Assembly (NCBI GenBank): GCA_963695555.1
Contig: CAVOGR010000001.1
Coordinates: 288,001-352,000, forward strand
Direction of reading: 5' to 3'
Length of the DNA stretch: 64,000 nt
DNA from: an uncultured Gemmatimonadales bacterium
Lineage (GTDB): Bacteria > Gemmatimonadota > Gemmatimonadetes > Gemmatimonadales > GWC2-71-9
Shown here: positions 20,844-30,712 of the stretch, piece by piece
How positions within the stretch are numbered: the stretch's first letter is position 1
Layout of the letters: each line of letters begins with the position of its first letter
Notes under the pieces: model-generated
Seen by the model: the letters and a program-made list of their open reading frames with translations, nothing else
Told to the model about the DNA's origin: nothing
The model's database searches: none
Made by a program: the position numbers and the translations under genes

Positions 20844-21541
20844 GGTTTGAGCCTCTCCATCAAGACCTGGGCGGCGATGCGCAGCGCATTCCAGGATGAC
20901 TGGCCCTTGGCGAGGGTCTGGGCTGAGTATCGGATGGTGACGGGGACTTCCCGATAGCGCCACCGGTGCTGGGCTATTTGGTCGAGGATCTCCGAGGCGT
21001 GCGCCATGCGATCCATGGAGATGCGAAGCGACCCGGCTGCTTCTCGACTGAACGCGCGGATGCCGTTGTGCACGTCGGTCACCCGGATTCTGGAAACGAG
21101 GCGGGTAAAGACGATCCCCGCTTTCAGCACCAGCCGTCGTCCGAGCGGCATGTTGTGAGTGTGCCCGAGAAATCGCGAACCCAGCGTCACGTCACAATCA
21201 CCGCTGAGGATCGGCGCAGCCATGGCTTCGATGTCTTCAGGGTCGTGCTGACCATCCGAATCGAAGGTGACGATAACGTCGGCCCCGCGGAGCAACGCGA
21301 AGGTAATCCCGGTCTGCAGGGCAGCGCCTTGGCCACGATTGATCCGATGGCGGAGGAGCATGATCTGGGCGCGGGCAAGAGCCTGGGCGGTCCCGTCGCT
21401 GGATCCATCATCGACGACGATGATGTGCTCGTAGGTTGAGCGGAGCCGATCGATAACTGCTCGGATGGAGGTTGCCTCGTTGAAGGCCGGGACCACGATG
21501 AAGACCCGCGGTCGCTGCGCCACGGGCGAATCATCCGTCAT
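20840..21541 (-). CDS. GT2 DPM1-like polyprenol-phosphate glycosyltransferase
   Basis: VVPAFNEA, VDDGSSDGT, NRGQGAALQTG, FDSDGQH, GSRF, TDVHNGIRA. Confidence 0.9.
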   Translation of the reverse strand: MTDDSPVAQRPRVFIVVPAFNEATSIRAVIDRLRSTYEHIIVVDDGSSDGTAQALARAQIMLLRHRINRGQGAALQTGITFALLRGADVIVTFDSDGQHDPEDIEAMAAPILSGDCDVTLGSRFLGHTHNMPLGRRLVLKAGIVFTRLVSRIRVTDVHNGIRAFSREAAGSLRISMDRMAHASEILDQIAQHRWRYREVPVTIRYSAQTLAKGQSSWNALRIAAQVLMERLKP

Positions 21542-23133
21542 TCGCGCTCCAGATCTAAGGGTCCCGCCGCCGGGATGCGGGTCGGATGGTCGGTCCGGAA
21601 CACGACGATCTCAGCCACATAGTTCCGCGACCGATTGCCGATCAGGCGGTCCGTCAGCCTGTACTCCGGCATCACATAGCCCTCGGGAAAGCGAGCGACC
21701 TCACGATAGTCCGAGGGGCCGCGAAAGACCGCCTGCATCGAGTCGACCCACGCCTGGCCGAAGCTGTCGAAGATATTGCGAGAGTCCCTCGGATAGCTGT
21801 TCGGCCGTCCCATACCGCTCAGATAGTGGTTGGCGTCCTTCATGTCGATGACGAGAATGGCCGGCTTTCCCTTGATGGGATACCGGACGTATTCGTAGTC
21901 CGGTAGACCGGCACCCCGCCACCAGATCGTGGTGCCGGAAGGCACGTTGTTCAGAATCCATGTCGCGGCATCGTTGCGGGGGTCCGCAATGAAGACCCGC
22001 TCGCCGTCGAACACGAATGCGGCGAGGTAGAGAAAGAACGGCACCATCAGGAAGGCCGGATGGACGCCGCGCTTCTTCAGTTGATCTCCCAATCTCATCA
22101 GACTCCACCCTGCTGCGATGGCGAACCATGGAATGAAGGTCAGCAGATGGCGTGGGAAATGATCGAGCTTGAAGGCGACAAAGTAGCCGTGGACCAGGAG
22201 TGGCAGAACGGCGACCAGGAGGATCGGGGGGAGTCGCAACCGGTTCTCGCGAGCCAATGCCCGTCGCGCGAGCAGGAGCCCACCGACGAGGCCGAGGATC
22301 GTGACCGGGAGGCTCACCACGCTCGGCAGTTCGACGAAGTAGAGCAGGATGCCTGAGAGGCGATTGTAGACATAGGGATCGCCAATCCCCGTCTTCAGCG
22401 TCACGTAGAGGTCGTGGGGACTGTACGCGCCGAAGTTGATAATGGCCACGCCCGCGACGAAGAACACCGCGGACCGGGCCATTCTCGCGACTCGCGGACG
22501 ACGGAGCAGCAGGATGAGCCCCAAGGTCGGCAAGCCGGCCACGACCAATTTCATCCCGAACGCGACCCCCATCGCGAAGGCGGCCCAGCCCAGGTAGTCG
22601 CGCCGGTCGCCGGGGTCCCGGCCGAGCTCGCGCAAGAGCAAATAGAGCCCGAGCAGGAGCCAGAAGAGGCCCGCCACGTCGGAGACGAAGAAGTGGCTTT
22701 GGGTCACATGGAGGCCACCCAGCGCCATGATGAGCCCGGCTGCCCAGCCGACGCGCCTGTCGTGGAAGAAGAGATTGGTGATGAGCACCACCACAATGAT
22801 CGTGGCCGCTCCGAAGACCACACTCACCAGACGACCCGCGAGAATGACCGTTCGCTTGTACGGCCACTCGCCACCCTTGATATCGAGTTTTCGCACGGCG
22901 AGGGCCGGCACCGCGACCATGGCCGCGAGCCCCTTGGGGTAGGGATGGGGGGTCCAGGTTCCGAAGGTGGAGGGGTCCAGGAGCAGCTTGGTATTGGTCC
23001 AGTGGGTGAACTCGTCTGGGTGGTGGGACTGCCATCCGCCCGGAAAATTCGATCCCCAGTAGACGCCGGGCAGTCGCGCGGCGAGGCCGAGGATGACCAG
23101 GCCTGCGAGAATGAGAATGGTATGTCGTCTCAT
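21538..23133 (-). CDS. GT-C fold glycosyltransferase (PMT-like)
   Basis: TM1-ARL-...HHPDE loop, GRLVSVVFG, QSHF..SD, FPRHLL; soluble C-terminal domain. Confidence 0.8.
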   Translation of the reverse strand: MRRHTILILAGLVILGLAARLPGVYWGSNFPGGWQSHHPDEFTHWTNTKLLLDPSTFGTWTPHPYPKGLAAMVAVPALAVRKLDIKGGEWPYKRTVILAGRLVSVVFGAATIIVVVLITNLFFHDRRVGWAAGLIMALGGLHVTQSHFFVSDVAGLFWLLLGLYLLLRELGRDPGDRRDYLGWAAFAMGVAFGMKLVVAGLPTLGLILLLRRPRVARMARSAVFFVAGVAIINFGAYSPHDLYVTLKTGIGDPYVYNRLSGILLYFVELPSVVSLPVTILGLVGGLLLARRALARENRLRLPPILLVAVLPLLVHGYFVAFKLDHFPRHLLTFIPWFAIAAGWSLMRLGDQLKKRGVHPAFLMVPFFLYLAAFVFDGERVFIADPRNDAATWILNNVPSGTTIWWRGAGLPDYEYVRYPIKGKPAILVIDMKDANHYLSGMGRPNSYPRDSRNIFDSFGQAWVDSMQAVFRGPSDYREVARFPEGYVMPEYRLTDRLIGNRSRNYVAEIVVFRTDHPTRIPAAGPLDLERE

Positions 23134-23178
23134 GGCCCAGCACTCCGGCGTCGGGTGTACGTTATGCCGCTCCTTGGC

Positions 23179-25377
23179 CTATCGTGTCGCAGCGTGGAGG
23201 CTCTCTGAGGAAGACGATGTGCGGATTGCGCTTCGAACACAAGAGAGTGGTGGATCCGATAGCATCCCACCGTCGGCTGGAACGGCCATGGTGTTCAGCA
23301 TGTCCTCGAGGCATTCGCGGACGTGCGGCAGTTCTCGTCGGCCCGCCTCGGTCTGGCTGATGTCGACCCGCTCCCACGGGTCGGTCACGACGTTGTAAAG
23401 CTCTTCCTGGTCGTCCCCGGTCTGGATGTAGTGGAGGTTGTCGAGGACTAACGATTTCAGCGGTCCCTGACTGATAGGTTCCCAGGGAGCCGTCCATTTA
23501 TTGGGATTGACCGACGACAGGATCTGGCTCTGGTGAGAGACGGTGTCGGACCAGTAGCGGGACAGCGATGCACCCGGGAATGGTGAGGCCGTTTCTACGT
23601 TGGCGAATTCCATTACGGTTGCGGGGATATCACGAAGACTAACCGGCGTTTGAATGCGCCTGTTCATGGGAATGTGGGACCCGTACACCATGATGAGTGG
23701 AGTGCGGAGCAGCGGAAGATACAGGCTGTTTCCGTGTCCCATGAGACGACTGTCTCGCTCGCCGAATTGCTCGCCATGGTCGGACGTTAGGATAATCAAG
23801 GTATTCGCTAGGAGGCCTTGCGCTCTGAGATTGTTCAGCAGTGCACCAATCTGAGCATCCAGATAATCGAGAGTATTGTCGTATGAGTTCGTCAATTCCT
23901 GGAGTTCTTGGGGCGAGTAGCCCTCGGGCCGCGACAACCAATAGAGATCTTCGGATTGAGAAAGTCTCGACTCCCATGTCTTTGGTGGGAGATAGGGATC
24001 GTGGCTGTCGAAGTAGTTCAAGAACGCGAAGAAGGGCCTGTTCTGGCTCCGCGCCAGCCAATGGAGAAAGCTGGTGTTGACATCTTCTGCCGACCGTCGT
24101 GCCAGGTCCTGGTGGTTTCGAAAGAGCCGTCTGATCGGCGCCGCCAACCTTCGTGCCAGCCACGAATTGCGAACCAACATCCCGAGAGATATCGGATAAT
24201 CGTCGTACCGGACGAAGCCGCGTGCTAACCCCGTCTCACGTGCTGCATAGTAATAGTTTGCGACAAAGCCAGCTGTTGCATACCCGCGCTCTGCGAGGAC
24301 CTCGGCAAGAGTTGGGAAGGCTCCATTGAGTGGGATCATCCAATCGGCCGACAACTCGTGCGGGTGACGTCCGGTAAGGATGCTGGCGTGTGACGGTAAT
24401 GTCCACGCCGAGGGCGCGATGGCCATCTCGAATGTCACACCTGTGCTCGCGAGCTCCTCGAGGAACGGTGTTGTCGGTCGGGCATAGCCGTAAAGGCTCA
24501 TGTTGCTAGCTCGGACCGTGTCGAGTATTAGGAGGAGAATATTTGGGGCACCGGATGCATGTGCCGGGAGGCGCCGGAGTGCTCGCCATTCGGCGACTTC
24601 TTTGTAGAGACTCATCCCGGCCGCAAGGAGAAAGACGCCTCCAGCCAGCCAACCTGTCGAGAACCGAACGAGACGACGGAATTGGACCGACCGCGAGTTC
24701 GTTAAGCGTGTGGCGCTTATAGCCATGCCGAGTGCGAGAATAAGAACGGAGTAGTTATGGAGCCCGAGTTTGGGGAGCCGTAGGAGGGTGTAAGAAGCTG
24801 CAAACACAAAGAGAAGGACTGCGTAGCCTTGGTGAACCGCGCCGCGCCATCGAACAGCGAGCAGGACCGCCAGGCCACCCAACAGGAAGAGTGTCGCCAT
24901 GGTGATCGGCGCCATCCACAACACGTAGGGCGAATAGGCTCGCGAGGGCGGATTTGCCACAGTCCACCGAGCGTAGACAAAGATCCCCTCGAGAAGTCCC
25001 GCCATCCCACCGAGCCAGGCCGTCATACGGAGGAATTCGGTGCCTCTCAGCGGTATGCGTGTGAGCCATCGGTGGGATTCCAGCGCCTTGGCAACGAGGA
25101 GATGTCGGGCTCGCAGGATGGGATAGAGGAGAACCCCGGCGATTCCCAGAGCAAGCGTTACCGTATTGGCGACACGTCTCCAATGCTCCAAGTACTGATC
25201 GAGGCTGCGTGTCGACTGGCCCGTGATGATGTCATTCAGGACGCCGAGGCTCCGGCCGTGGTAGGAAGCGTCGATGAGGGAGGGCACGACCCAACGCGCG
25301 ATACAAAGCCATGCCAGAATGAGGACCGCAAGACACAGCACGAATACTAGGGTAAAACGCCGTGACCCCTGGCTCAC
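23179..25377 (-). CDS. Membrane-anchored sulfatase-like / alkaline-phosphatase-superfamily protein
   Basis: About 7 TM helices, then PNILLLILDTVRA, SAWTLPSHASILTG, FFAFLNYFDSHDPY, TSDHGEQFGE, GHGNSLY. Confidence 0.85.
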   Translation of the reverse strand: MSQGSRRFTLVFVLCLAVLILAWLCIARWVVPSLIDASYHGRSLGVLNDIITGQSTRSLDQYLEHWRRVANTVTLALGIAGVLLYPILRARHLLVAKALESHRWLTRIPLRGTEFLRMTAWLGGMAGLLEGIFVYARWTVANPPSRAYSPYVLWMAPITMATLFLLGGLAVLLAVRWRGAVHQGYAVLLFVFAASYTLLRLPKLGLHNYSVLILALGMAISATRLTNSRSVQFRRLVRFSTGWLAGGVFLLAAGMSLYKEVAEWRALRRLPAHASGAPNILLLILDTVRASNMSLYGYARPTTPFLEELASTGVTFEMAIAPSAWTLPSHASILTGRHPHELSADWMIPLNGAFPTLAEVLAERGYATAGFVANYYYAARETGLARGFVRYDDYPISLGMLVRNSWLARRLAAPIRRLFRNHQDLARRSAEDVNTSFLHWLARSQNRPFFAFLNYFDSHDPYLPPKTWESRLSQSEDLYWLSRPEGYSPQELQELTNSYDNTLDYLDAQIGALLNNLRAQGLLANTLIILTSDHGEQFGERDSRLMGHGNSLYLPLLRTPLIMVYGSHIPMNRRIQTPVSLRDIPATVMEFANVETASPFPGASLSRYWSDTVSHQSQILSSVNPNKWTAPWEPISQGPLKSLVLDNLHYIQTGDDQEELYNVVTDPWERVDISQTEAGRRELPHVRECLEDMLNTMAVPADGGMLSDPPLSCVRSAIRTSSSSESLHAATR

Positions 25378-26852
25378 TGGGTGTCGTGTCCAGTTTCGAG
25401 TGGAGGTCCATTCAGCGGACCTGCCTCATCATGGGCGGCCCCGTCCCCGGGTGGCGTCGCCGAGTTAGGAGAGCCACTGCAGAGGACGGCGACGATCAAG
25501 AACGGCAGATACCACTCCACGTAGCTTCCCGCCGCGTGCGTTTTCCAGAGCTGCACCCCGGCCGTGAGCGCCGCCGTGAGTCCCGCCAGTTGCGCCACGG
25601 ACCGACCCCGGGCCAGGAAGAATGCTGCCAGACAGCAGGCAGCGTATACCAGGAACGACGGCTTGAGCAGGGAGGATGTTCCCCACAGCGGGACTTGCCA
25701 GAAGGACGCGAGACCCGGGTGGGTGCCCCAAAACCCGAACGCGCTGGCGCCGTATTGGCGGAGCCCGACACCCTCTTGATGTTCGAGGGTGCTCTGGAGG
25801 AACATGGAGATGGCGTTAGTCCCTTCGGGCGCCGGGGTGAACGCAATGACCAGGATGGCGATCGCAAGGCCGGTTCCCACGAATCCGGCGGCAAACCGCA
25901 TGGCCCCTTCCTTCCGCCACACCCGCCACCCCAACCAGGCGGGGAACACGAAGAGCGGGAAGAAGAGCACGCCGACCGCGGCAGCGAGGAGTACCCCGGA
26001 GAGCACGGGTCGCTTCCAGAACATGAACGCCAAGAGCAGCACCGAGACCGGGGCGATGTGGGAGATGAAGGCAAGCCCGCCGACGACAAACTCGTCCCCG
26101 CCAAGGCCCATCACATATGGGCTTGCGGCATAGAGCCCGACGGCGCCCCACCCAACTGCCGGACTCCGGAGATCCCGGACAATGGCGAATAGTGCTCCCA
26201 GCCCCAAGAGGAAGAACGCAAAACAGGTGAGCTGTGTCGCCGCGATCTTCGGGCGGACATAACCCGGGTCCATCGGGTCGGCGTCCGCCGGATTGGATTT
26301 CGTGCCCAGGAGCCACTGGGCAGGAAGGTGGGACGCGTAGAGCAGTGGGCCGTACGTAGCGGCGGCCCCATATCCCGGGGCAGTGGGGCCCTGGAGCTTG
26401 AGATCGCCGTATGGAAGCACTCCCGTTTCCGCCCAGCGGCGGGCACCGAGGTTGGTGTAGTATCCGGCGTCATCGGGCCTGCGTCCGAAGACGACGACGG
26501 TATTGAGGAGGATGATGAGACCGACCAGGGTGCGCAGGCCACGGAGCGGTAGATTCGGGGTCCACTCGAGGGTACTGCCGCGAAGGGCCAGCGCCACGCC
26601 CCAGATCGCATAGCCCGCGGTGGTCAGGTAAATGGCGGTGAAGCCCACCGCTGCGAATCGGCCATCCGACGCATTACCCCACCTGATGACCTCCAGTAGC
26701 AAGACGGCCTGAACCAGGAGCGCCGCAAGAACGAGGTTCCTTCTTGAGAGCGGCGCGTCGAGGTCACCCATGACAACAAAGGCCACGATTGCACCGATCC
26801 AAAAGGCACCGGCGGGATTGGGAACAAAGAACTGGAGGGCGGCCTCGAGCAC
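25374..26852 (-). CDS. Polytopic membrane protein, probable GT-C (GT87-like)
   Basis: PDDAGYY loop, G.LPYGD, YGPLLY, YVEWYLP. GTG 26852 chosen because GGAG lies upstream. Confidence 0.65.
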   Translation of the reverse strand: MLEAALQFFVPNPAGAFWIGAIVAFVVMGDLDAPLSRRNLVLAALLVQAVLLLEVIRWGNASDGRFAAVGFTAIYLTTAGYAIWGVALALRGSTLEWTPNLPLRGLRTLVGLIILLNTVVVFGRRPDDAGYYTNLGARRWAETGVLPYGDLKLQGPTAPGYGAAATYGPLLYASHLPAQWLLGTKSNPADADPMDPGYVRPKIAATQLTCFAFFLLGLGALFAIVRDLRSPAVGWGAVGLYAASPYVMGLGGDEFVVGGLAFISHIAPVSVLLLAFMFWKRPVLSGVLLAAAVGVLFFPLFVFPAWLGWRVWRKEGAMRFAAGFVGTGLAIAILVIAFTPAPEGTNAISMFLQSTLEHQEGVGLRQYGASAFGFWGTHPGLASFWQVPLWGTSSLLKPSFLVYAACCLAAFFLARGRSVAQLAGLTAALTAGVQLWKTHAAGSYVEWYLPFLIVAVLCSGSPNSATPPGDGAAHDEAGPLNGPPLETGHDTQ

Positions 26853-26939
26853 ATAATCTCCAACGGTAGGCAGTAGGCGGTTCTGGCGTGCTATGTATTC
26901 GGCGCAGGCGACTTTTCGTCGCACGAGGCCCACTGTGCT

Positions 26940-26956
26940 AGCAGGAACCGTGCCCA
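26940..26956 (-). promoter_or_regulatory. Putative sigma-54 -24/-12 promoter
   Basis: TGGGCACGGTTCCTGCT (GGCACG-N4-CTGCT) in the intergenic gap. Confidence 0.6.
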
Positions 26957-26969
26957 GCCTGGTCCGGGC

Positions 26970-28973
26970 TCAGAAGAGGCGCCAGAGGCCGCGCACCTTC
27001 CCCAGGTCTATTGTATAGCGACCGGCTCGAACTCCCAAAACACTGGACATCTCTTCGCGCGGGATCTCATAGACTCGGCTGCGGTAGTCCGTCCGACTCG
27101 GGCTCGACCGATCGCGTTCCCATTGTGCCAGATCTCTGACATACGCCGCCCCGTCGTCATTCTCAGCGATCTTCGAGAATCCGGGAGGCGGCGCTGACCA
27201 CGGTGGTTGGATGACATAGTTCGTGGCAGCTCCACGCCCTATGCTCTGCTCGGCATAATATACGAGCTCGATGCCCGCGACGAGTTCCGCGGCTGGATCG
27301 GCTACGTCCCAGTCGAGAGGAAACAACGCGGCGAGGAGGTTCCGCCCCTCGTACGATCTTCGGTGCGCTGCAAAATCCTTGCTGCCATAGTCGCCAATGC
27401 GATAGGCCATCGTGCTGCCGATCCGTCGCACGGTCCGATCGATCTCGAAGTGTCTCGGCAGCGATAGCATGAGAGCAATAAGGCCTGCTGCCAGGGTAGC
27501 GCCGATCAGCCACGGGCGACGGTGCTGCATGAGGGCAACGCGCCAGAAGACGATGACAGGGAGCATCATGACCGGCGCGAAGTGGTGGAGATTGGTGAAT
27601 GCCGGGAAGTAGAAAACGAGGAAGTATCCGAGTGTGGCCAGGGAGAGCGACCTGGCGATCCGGTCTTGCCGGCGGACGGCGAAGAGCGCCGCTACGGGAA
27701 GAATGCCTCCAGCGACGACCACCCAGATGACGCGGTGCCAATCATCGACGCGGATGTAGCGGAACCGATCCAAGATGGTGTCGGCGGCGTAGCCCGGTTG
27801 GGCCCCAGCCAGCGATGGGTACAGCATCTCATACCCGACATACACGAGGCCCCAGAGTCCGATGGTCGCAACAAAGAGGCCCGCGGTCCTGCGCCGCCGC
27901 TCGGGCACGACGAGGAAGACGCCGAGTCCCAAGAGGGCGATGAAGAGCAGACCAGTGGGCCGGGCCAGGTAGGACAGCACCGCAAATCCGACGAACCACC
28001 ACGGCTCGTCGGACCACAAGAAGTACGCAGCCCCGACCATCAGCGTGACGGTGAGCGTCTCAAAGGCCCCGGGAGACGAGGCATCGGCGAAATACGAACT
28101 GTAACTTGCACTGTAGCACAACGCGACAACGAAGATTGCCAAGGCAAGAACAATCAAAGCTTCTTCGAAGCGACCGAGGCGTCGCGGTGATCGTAATTCG
28201 ATCAACGCCACGAGGCTGGCGAACAACACCGGAAGATAAAGGATGATCGGCAACCTCGCGGCTGCCTCGATGGGTCCGAACAACATGACGAACCAGTGAA
28301 TCGGGTAGGCCATGGGCAGCATGCCGATGCCGAGGCCCACGAGTCCGCTCTTGGTCAAAAAGCGCGGGAGGACGGTCCAGGAGAGTGACCGGCCGATCTC
28401 GATCGCTTCGAAGCCATCAGGGCTGAGATCCTGCCAGAAGAGGATCGGGAGGAGGACGGCGACAGTGACCACCACGAGGGCGGCCATCCACCCGAGGCGA
28501 CGGTGCGTGATACCGTCGCTCGCGGGCCATCGGAGCTTGCCCGGACGGCGGAGGCGGGTAACCAGGACTCCCCAGGCAACGACCGCGGCACCGATGATGA
28601 GCGCCAGGAAGGTGCCTGGATCGATGGGGCGCGGGAAGAATGTCTTGGCGAGCGCGGTGGTGACGAAGTGGACCGCCAGCGAGACCCCAAGTCCCTTGAC
28701 GACCACGGCCTCGAGGCGTTCATCCCGGCCCTGGGCGAGCACTAAGAATATGCCCGGCAGCATAAGGACAGTCACCGCAGTGAGGCAGGCAAGGGGAAGC
28801 AGCAGATAGAGCAGCGCGGCGTGGCCCGGCACGAAATACGGATTCGCCGGGAGTGCGCCGGGATACAAGTCACGAACCGCCGCCGGGATACCCCGGGTCA
28901 GCAATACGCCCAGCACACTCGCCCCGAGGAACACCCCGGTGAAGACCCCTCGCCGCCTCTCGAGGGACCCCAT
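26970..28973 (-). CDS. Polytopic membrane protein, probable GT-C-like
   Basis: More than 12 TM segments, WQDLSPDGFE acidic loop, AARLP, ARPTG. ATG 28973 has GAGG upstream; alternative start 28994. Confidence 0.6.
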   Translation of the reverse strand: MGSLERRRGVFTGVFLGASVLGVLLTRGIPAAVRDLYPGALPANPYFVPGHAALLYLLLPLACLTAVTVLMLPGIFLVLAQGRDERLEAVVVKGLGVSLAVHFVTTALAKTFFPRPIDPGTFLALIIGAAVVAWGVLVTRLRRPGKLRWPASDGITHRRLGWMAALVVVTVAVLLPILFWQDLSPDGFEAIEIGRSLSWTVLPRFLTKSGLVGLGIGMLPMAYPIHWFVMLFGPIEAAARLPIILYLPVLFASLVALIELRSPRRLGRFEEALIVLALAIFVVALCYSASYSSYFADASSPGAFETLTVTLMVGAAYFLWSDEPWWFVGFAVLSYLARPTGLLFIALLGLGVFLVVPERRRRTAGLFVATIGLWGLVYVGYEMLYPSLAGAQPGYAADTILDRFRYIRVDDWHRVIWVVVAGGILPVAALFAVRRQDRIARSLSLATLGYFLVFYFPAFTNLHHFAPVMMLPVIVFWRVALMQHRRPWLIGATLAAGLIALMLSLPRHFEIDRTVRRIGSTMAYRIGDYGSKDFAAHRRSYEGRNLLAALFPLDWDVADPAAELVAGIELVYYAEQSIGRGAATNYVIQPPWSAPPPGFSKIAENDDGAAYVRDLAQWERDRSSPSRTDYRSRVYEIPREEMSSVLGVRAGRYTIDLGKVRGLWRLF

Positions 28974-29036
28974 TACCGAGGCCTCATATGGCATCCCATT
29001 GCGGCGGCGGCCCGAAGACCCTCGCCCCCGTGTAGG

Positions 29037-29055
29037 GCGGCATCGATATTGCCAC
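29037..29055. promoter_or_regulatory. Overlapping bidirectional sigma-54-like element
   Basis: Plus strand GCGGCATCGATATTGCC and minus strand GTGGCAATATCGATGCC are both GG-N10-GC; lies between divergent genes. Confidence 0.5.
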
Positions 29056-29177
29056 AGATGTTGCCGTTTGATTGCACACTTGGGCGTGAAGGAGCCATGT
29101 TTCCATTGAGGTAAGAGTCCGTGCCCGCGGGCGGTCGTGCTTTCGTCGCGTCCTCACTCTATTCGTCACTCGCTGCG

Positions 29178-29906
29178 ATGACCAATACTCTGTTACTCTC
29201 CGTTGTCATCCCCGTCTACAACGAGGAGGACTCCGTTTGCGAGCTCATCGCTCGTGTCCTCAGGGCGCCTCTGCCGGACGGGGTTCGTCTGGAAGTTGTG
29301 GTCGTGGACGACGGCTCCACCGACGCGACACGCGACAAGCTCGCCAGCTACCATGATCATGACGTGGTACGCGTCTTCCTCGCTCCACAAAACATGGGCA
29401 AGGGCGCCGCCCTGCGGCGCGGGTTCCAGGAAGCCCGTGGCGACCTGATTCTGATTCAGGATGCGGATCTCGAGTATGACCCCCGTGAATACCGAAGGCT
29501 TCTCACCCCCGTACTCGACGGCAACGCGGACGTGGTCTATGGCTCGCGCTTCATGGGGGGCGATTCGCATCGCGTGCTGTTCTTCTGGCATTATCTGGGC
29601 AACCGATTCCTTACACTGGTTTCCAATGCCTTCACCAATCTCAACCTCACCGACATGGAGACCTGCTACAAGCTGTTCCGCTCCGACGTTCTCCGTCAGA
29701 TCACGATTCAAGAGGATCGATTTGGGTTCGAGCCCGAGATCACCGCCAAGGTCGCCCGCCTCGGGGCCCGCATCTACGAGGTGGGCATCAGCTACGCGGG
29801 CCGCACCTACGCCGAAGGGAAGAAGATCGGCTGGCGAGACGGCGTCCGTGCGCTCTGGTGCATCCTCAAGTACAACCTCTTTGTCAGGACTCGACCGGTC
29901 GGTTGA
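29178..29906 (+). CDS. GT2 DPM1-like polyprenol-phosphate glycosyltransferase
   Basis: [57 protein letters not shown]. Confidence 0.92.
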   Translation: MTNTLLLSVVIPVYNEEDSVCELIARVLRAPLPDGVRLEVVVVDDGSTDATRDKLASYHDHDVVRVFLAPQNMGKGAALRRGFQEARGDLILIQDADLEYDPREYRRLLTPVLDGNADVVYGSRFMGGDSHRVLFFWHYLGNRFLTLVSNAFTNLNLTDMETCYKLFRSDVLRQITIQEDRFGFEPEITAKVARLGARIYEVGISYAGRTYAEGKKIGWRDGVRALWCILKYNLFVRTRPVG

Positions 29907-29961
29907 CCATGCCGGATGAGGCAGCCGTCGGCCCGTCTCGCGCGACACAGGGAACTGCCTT

Positions 29962-30627
29962 GTGGTAACTGACTGGCTCATGACCCTCCGGCAAGCCCTA
30001 CCTAAGGCCGCGATTCTGGTGCGGCACATGCAGCCGTCGCTCGCACTTCCGGACGTGGGCGCCATCGAACCGGCGCTGTTGGAGTCGCTCGGCATCGAGG
30101 CAGTCATCTGGGACGTCGATGGAACCTTGATGCCGCGCCATGGCCGCGAGGTGGCGGAGCCGTTCCGCTCGTCATTCCGGCGTCTCGTTCTGGCCCCACG
30201 ACTCCGGCACGCCATCCTCTCGAACGCCGATGAATCACGGTACCGGGAACTGGGCACCATGTTCCCAGACATTCCAATTGTGCGCGCCTACGCGACCGCC
30301 AACGGCGTCGTGGGAAGGATTCTCCTTCGGGGGTCCGAGTCGTGGGACCCCAGGGCACTGCCAGCCACCGCGATAGCTACTGCCCGCGCGTTCCGAAAGC
30401 CGAGCACCGAACTCATCGCCGTTGCCCTCAAGGCGCTCAATGCCGATTCCCGCGAGAAGGTCCTCATGGTGGGAGACCAGTACCTGACCGACATTGCCGG
30501 AGCGAATCTCGCCGGTATTCGCTCCCTCAAGGTTCCCACCTACGCACCGGCCAGCTTTCCGGCGTCCGTCCGGATCCTACAGGCCTCCGAGCGGTTGTTG
30601 TACCGGGCCACCCATCTTCGACCATAG
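29962..30627 (+). CDS. HAD-superfamily IIIA phosphatase (YqeG-like)
   Basis: IWDVDGTL (motif I), ILSNA (II), RKP (III), MVGDQYLTDIAGAN (IV). Confidence 0.8.
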   Translation: MVTDWLMTLRQALPKAAILVRHMQPSLALPDVGAIEPALLESLGIEAVIWDVDGTLMPRHGREVAEPFRSSFRRLVLAPRLRHAILSNADESRYRELGTMFPDIPIVRAYATANGVVGRILLRGSESWDPRALPATAIATARAFRKPSTELIAVALKALNADSREKVLMVGDQYLTDIAGANLAGIRSLKVPTYAPASFPASVRILQASERLLYRATHLRP

Positions 30628-30712
30628 TAGCGACTCGCCCGCCTGTGGAGCGCGGCGTCGGTGAATGCCCTGGCATTGAGATGTGCGTTGGGGGCAAGTC
30701 GATGGGAAGGGG

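Noticed and set aside
107..28809. Many long plus-strand ORFs across the glycan cluster (e.g. 9161..10333, 16526..17629)
   Set aside because: Antisense shadows of motif-bearing minus-strand genes, as expected in high-GC DNA
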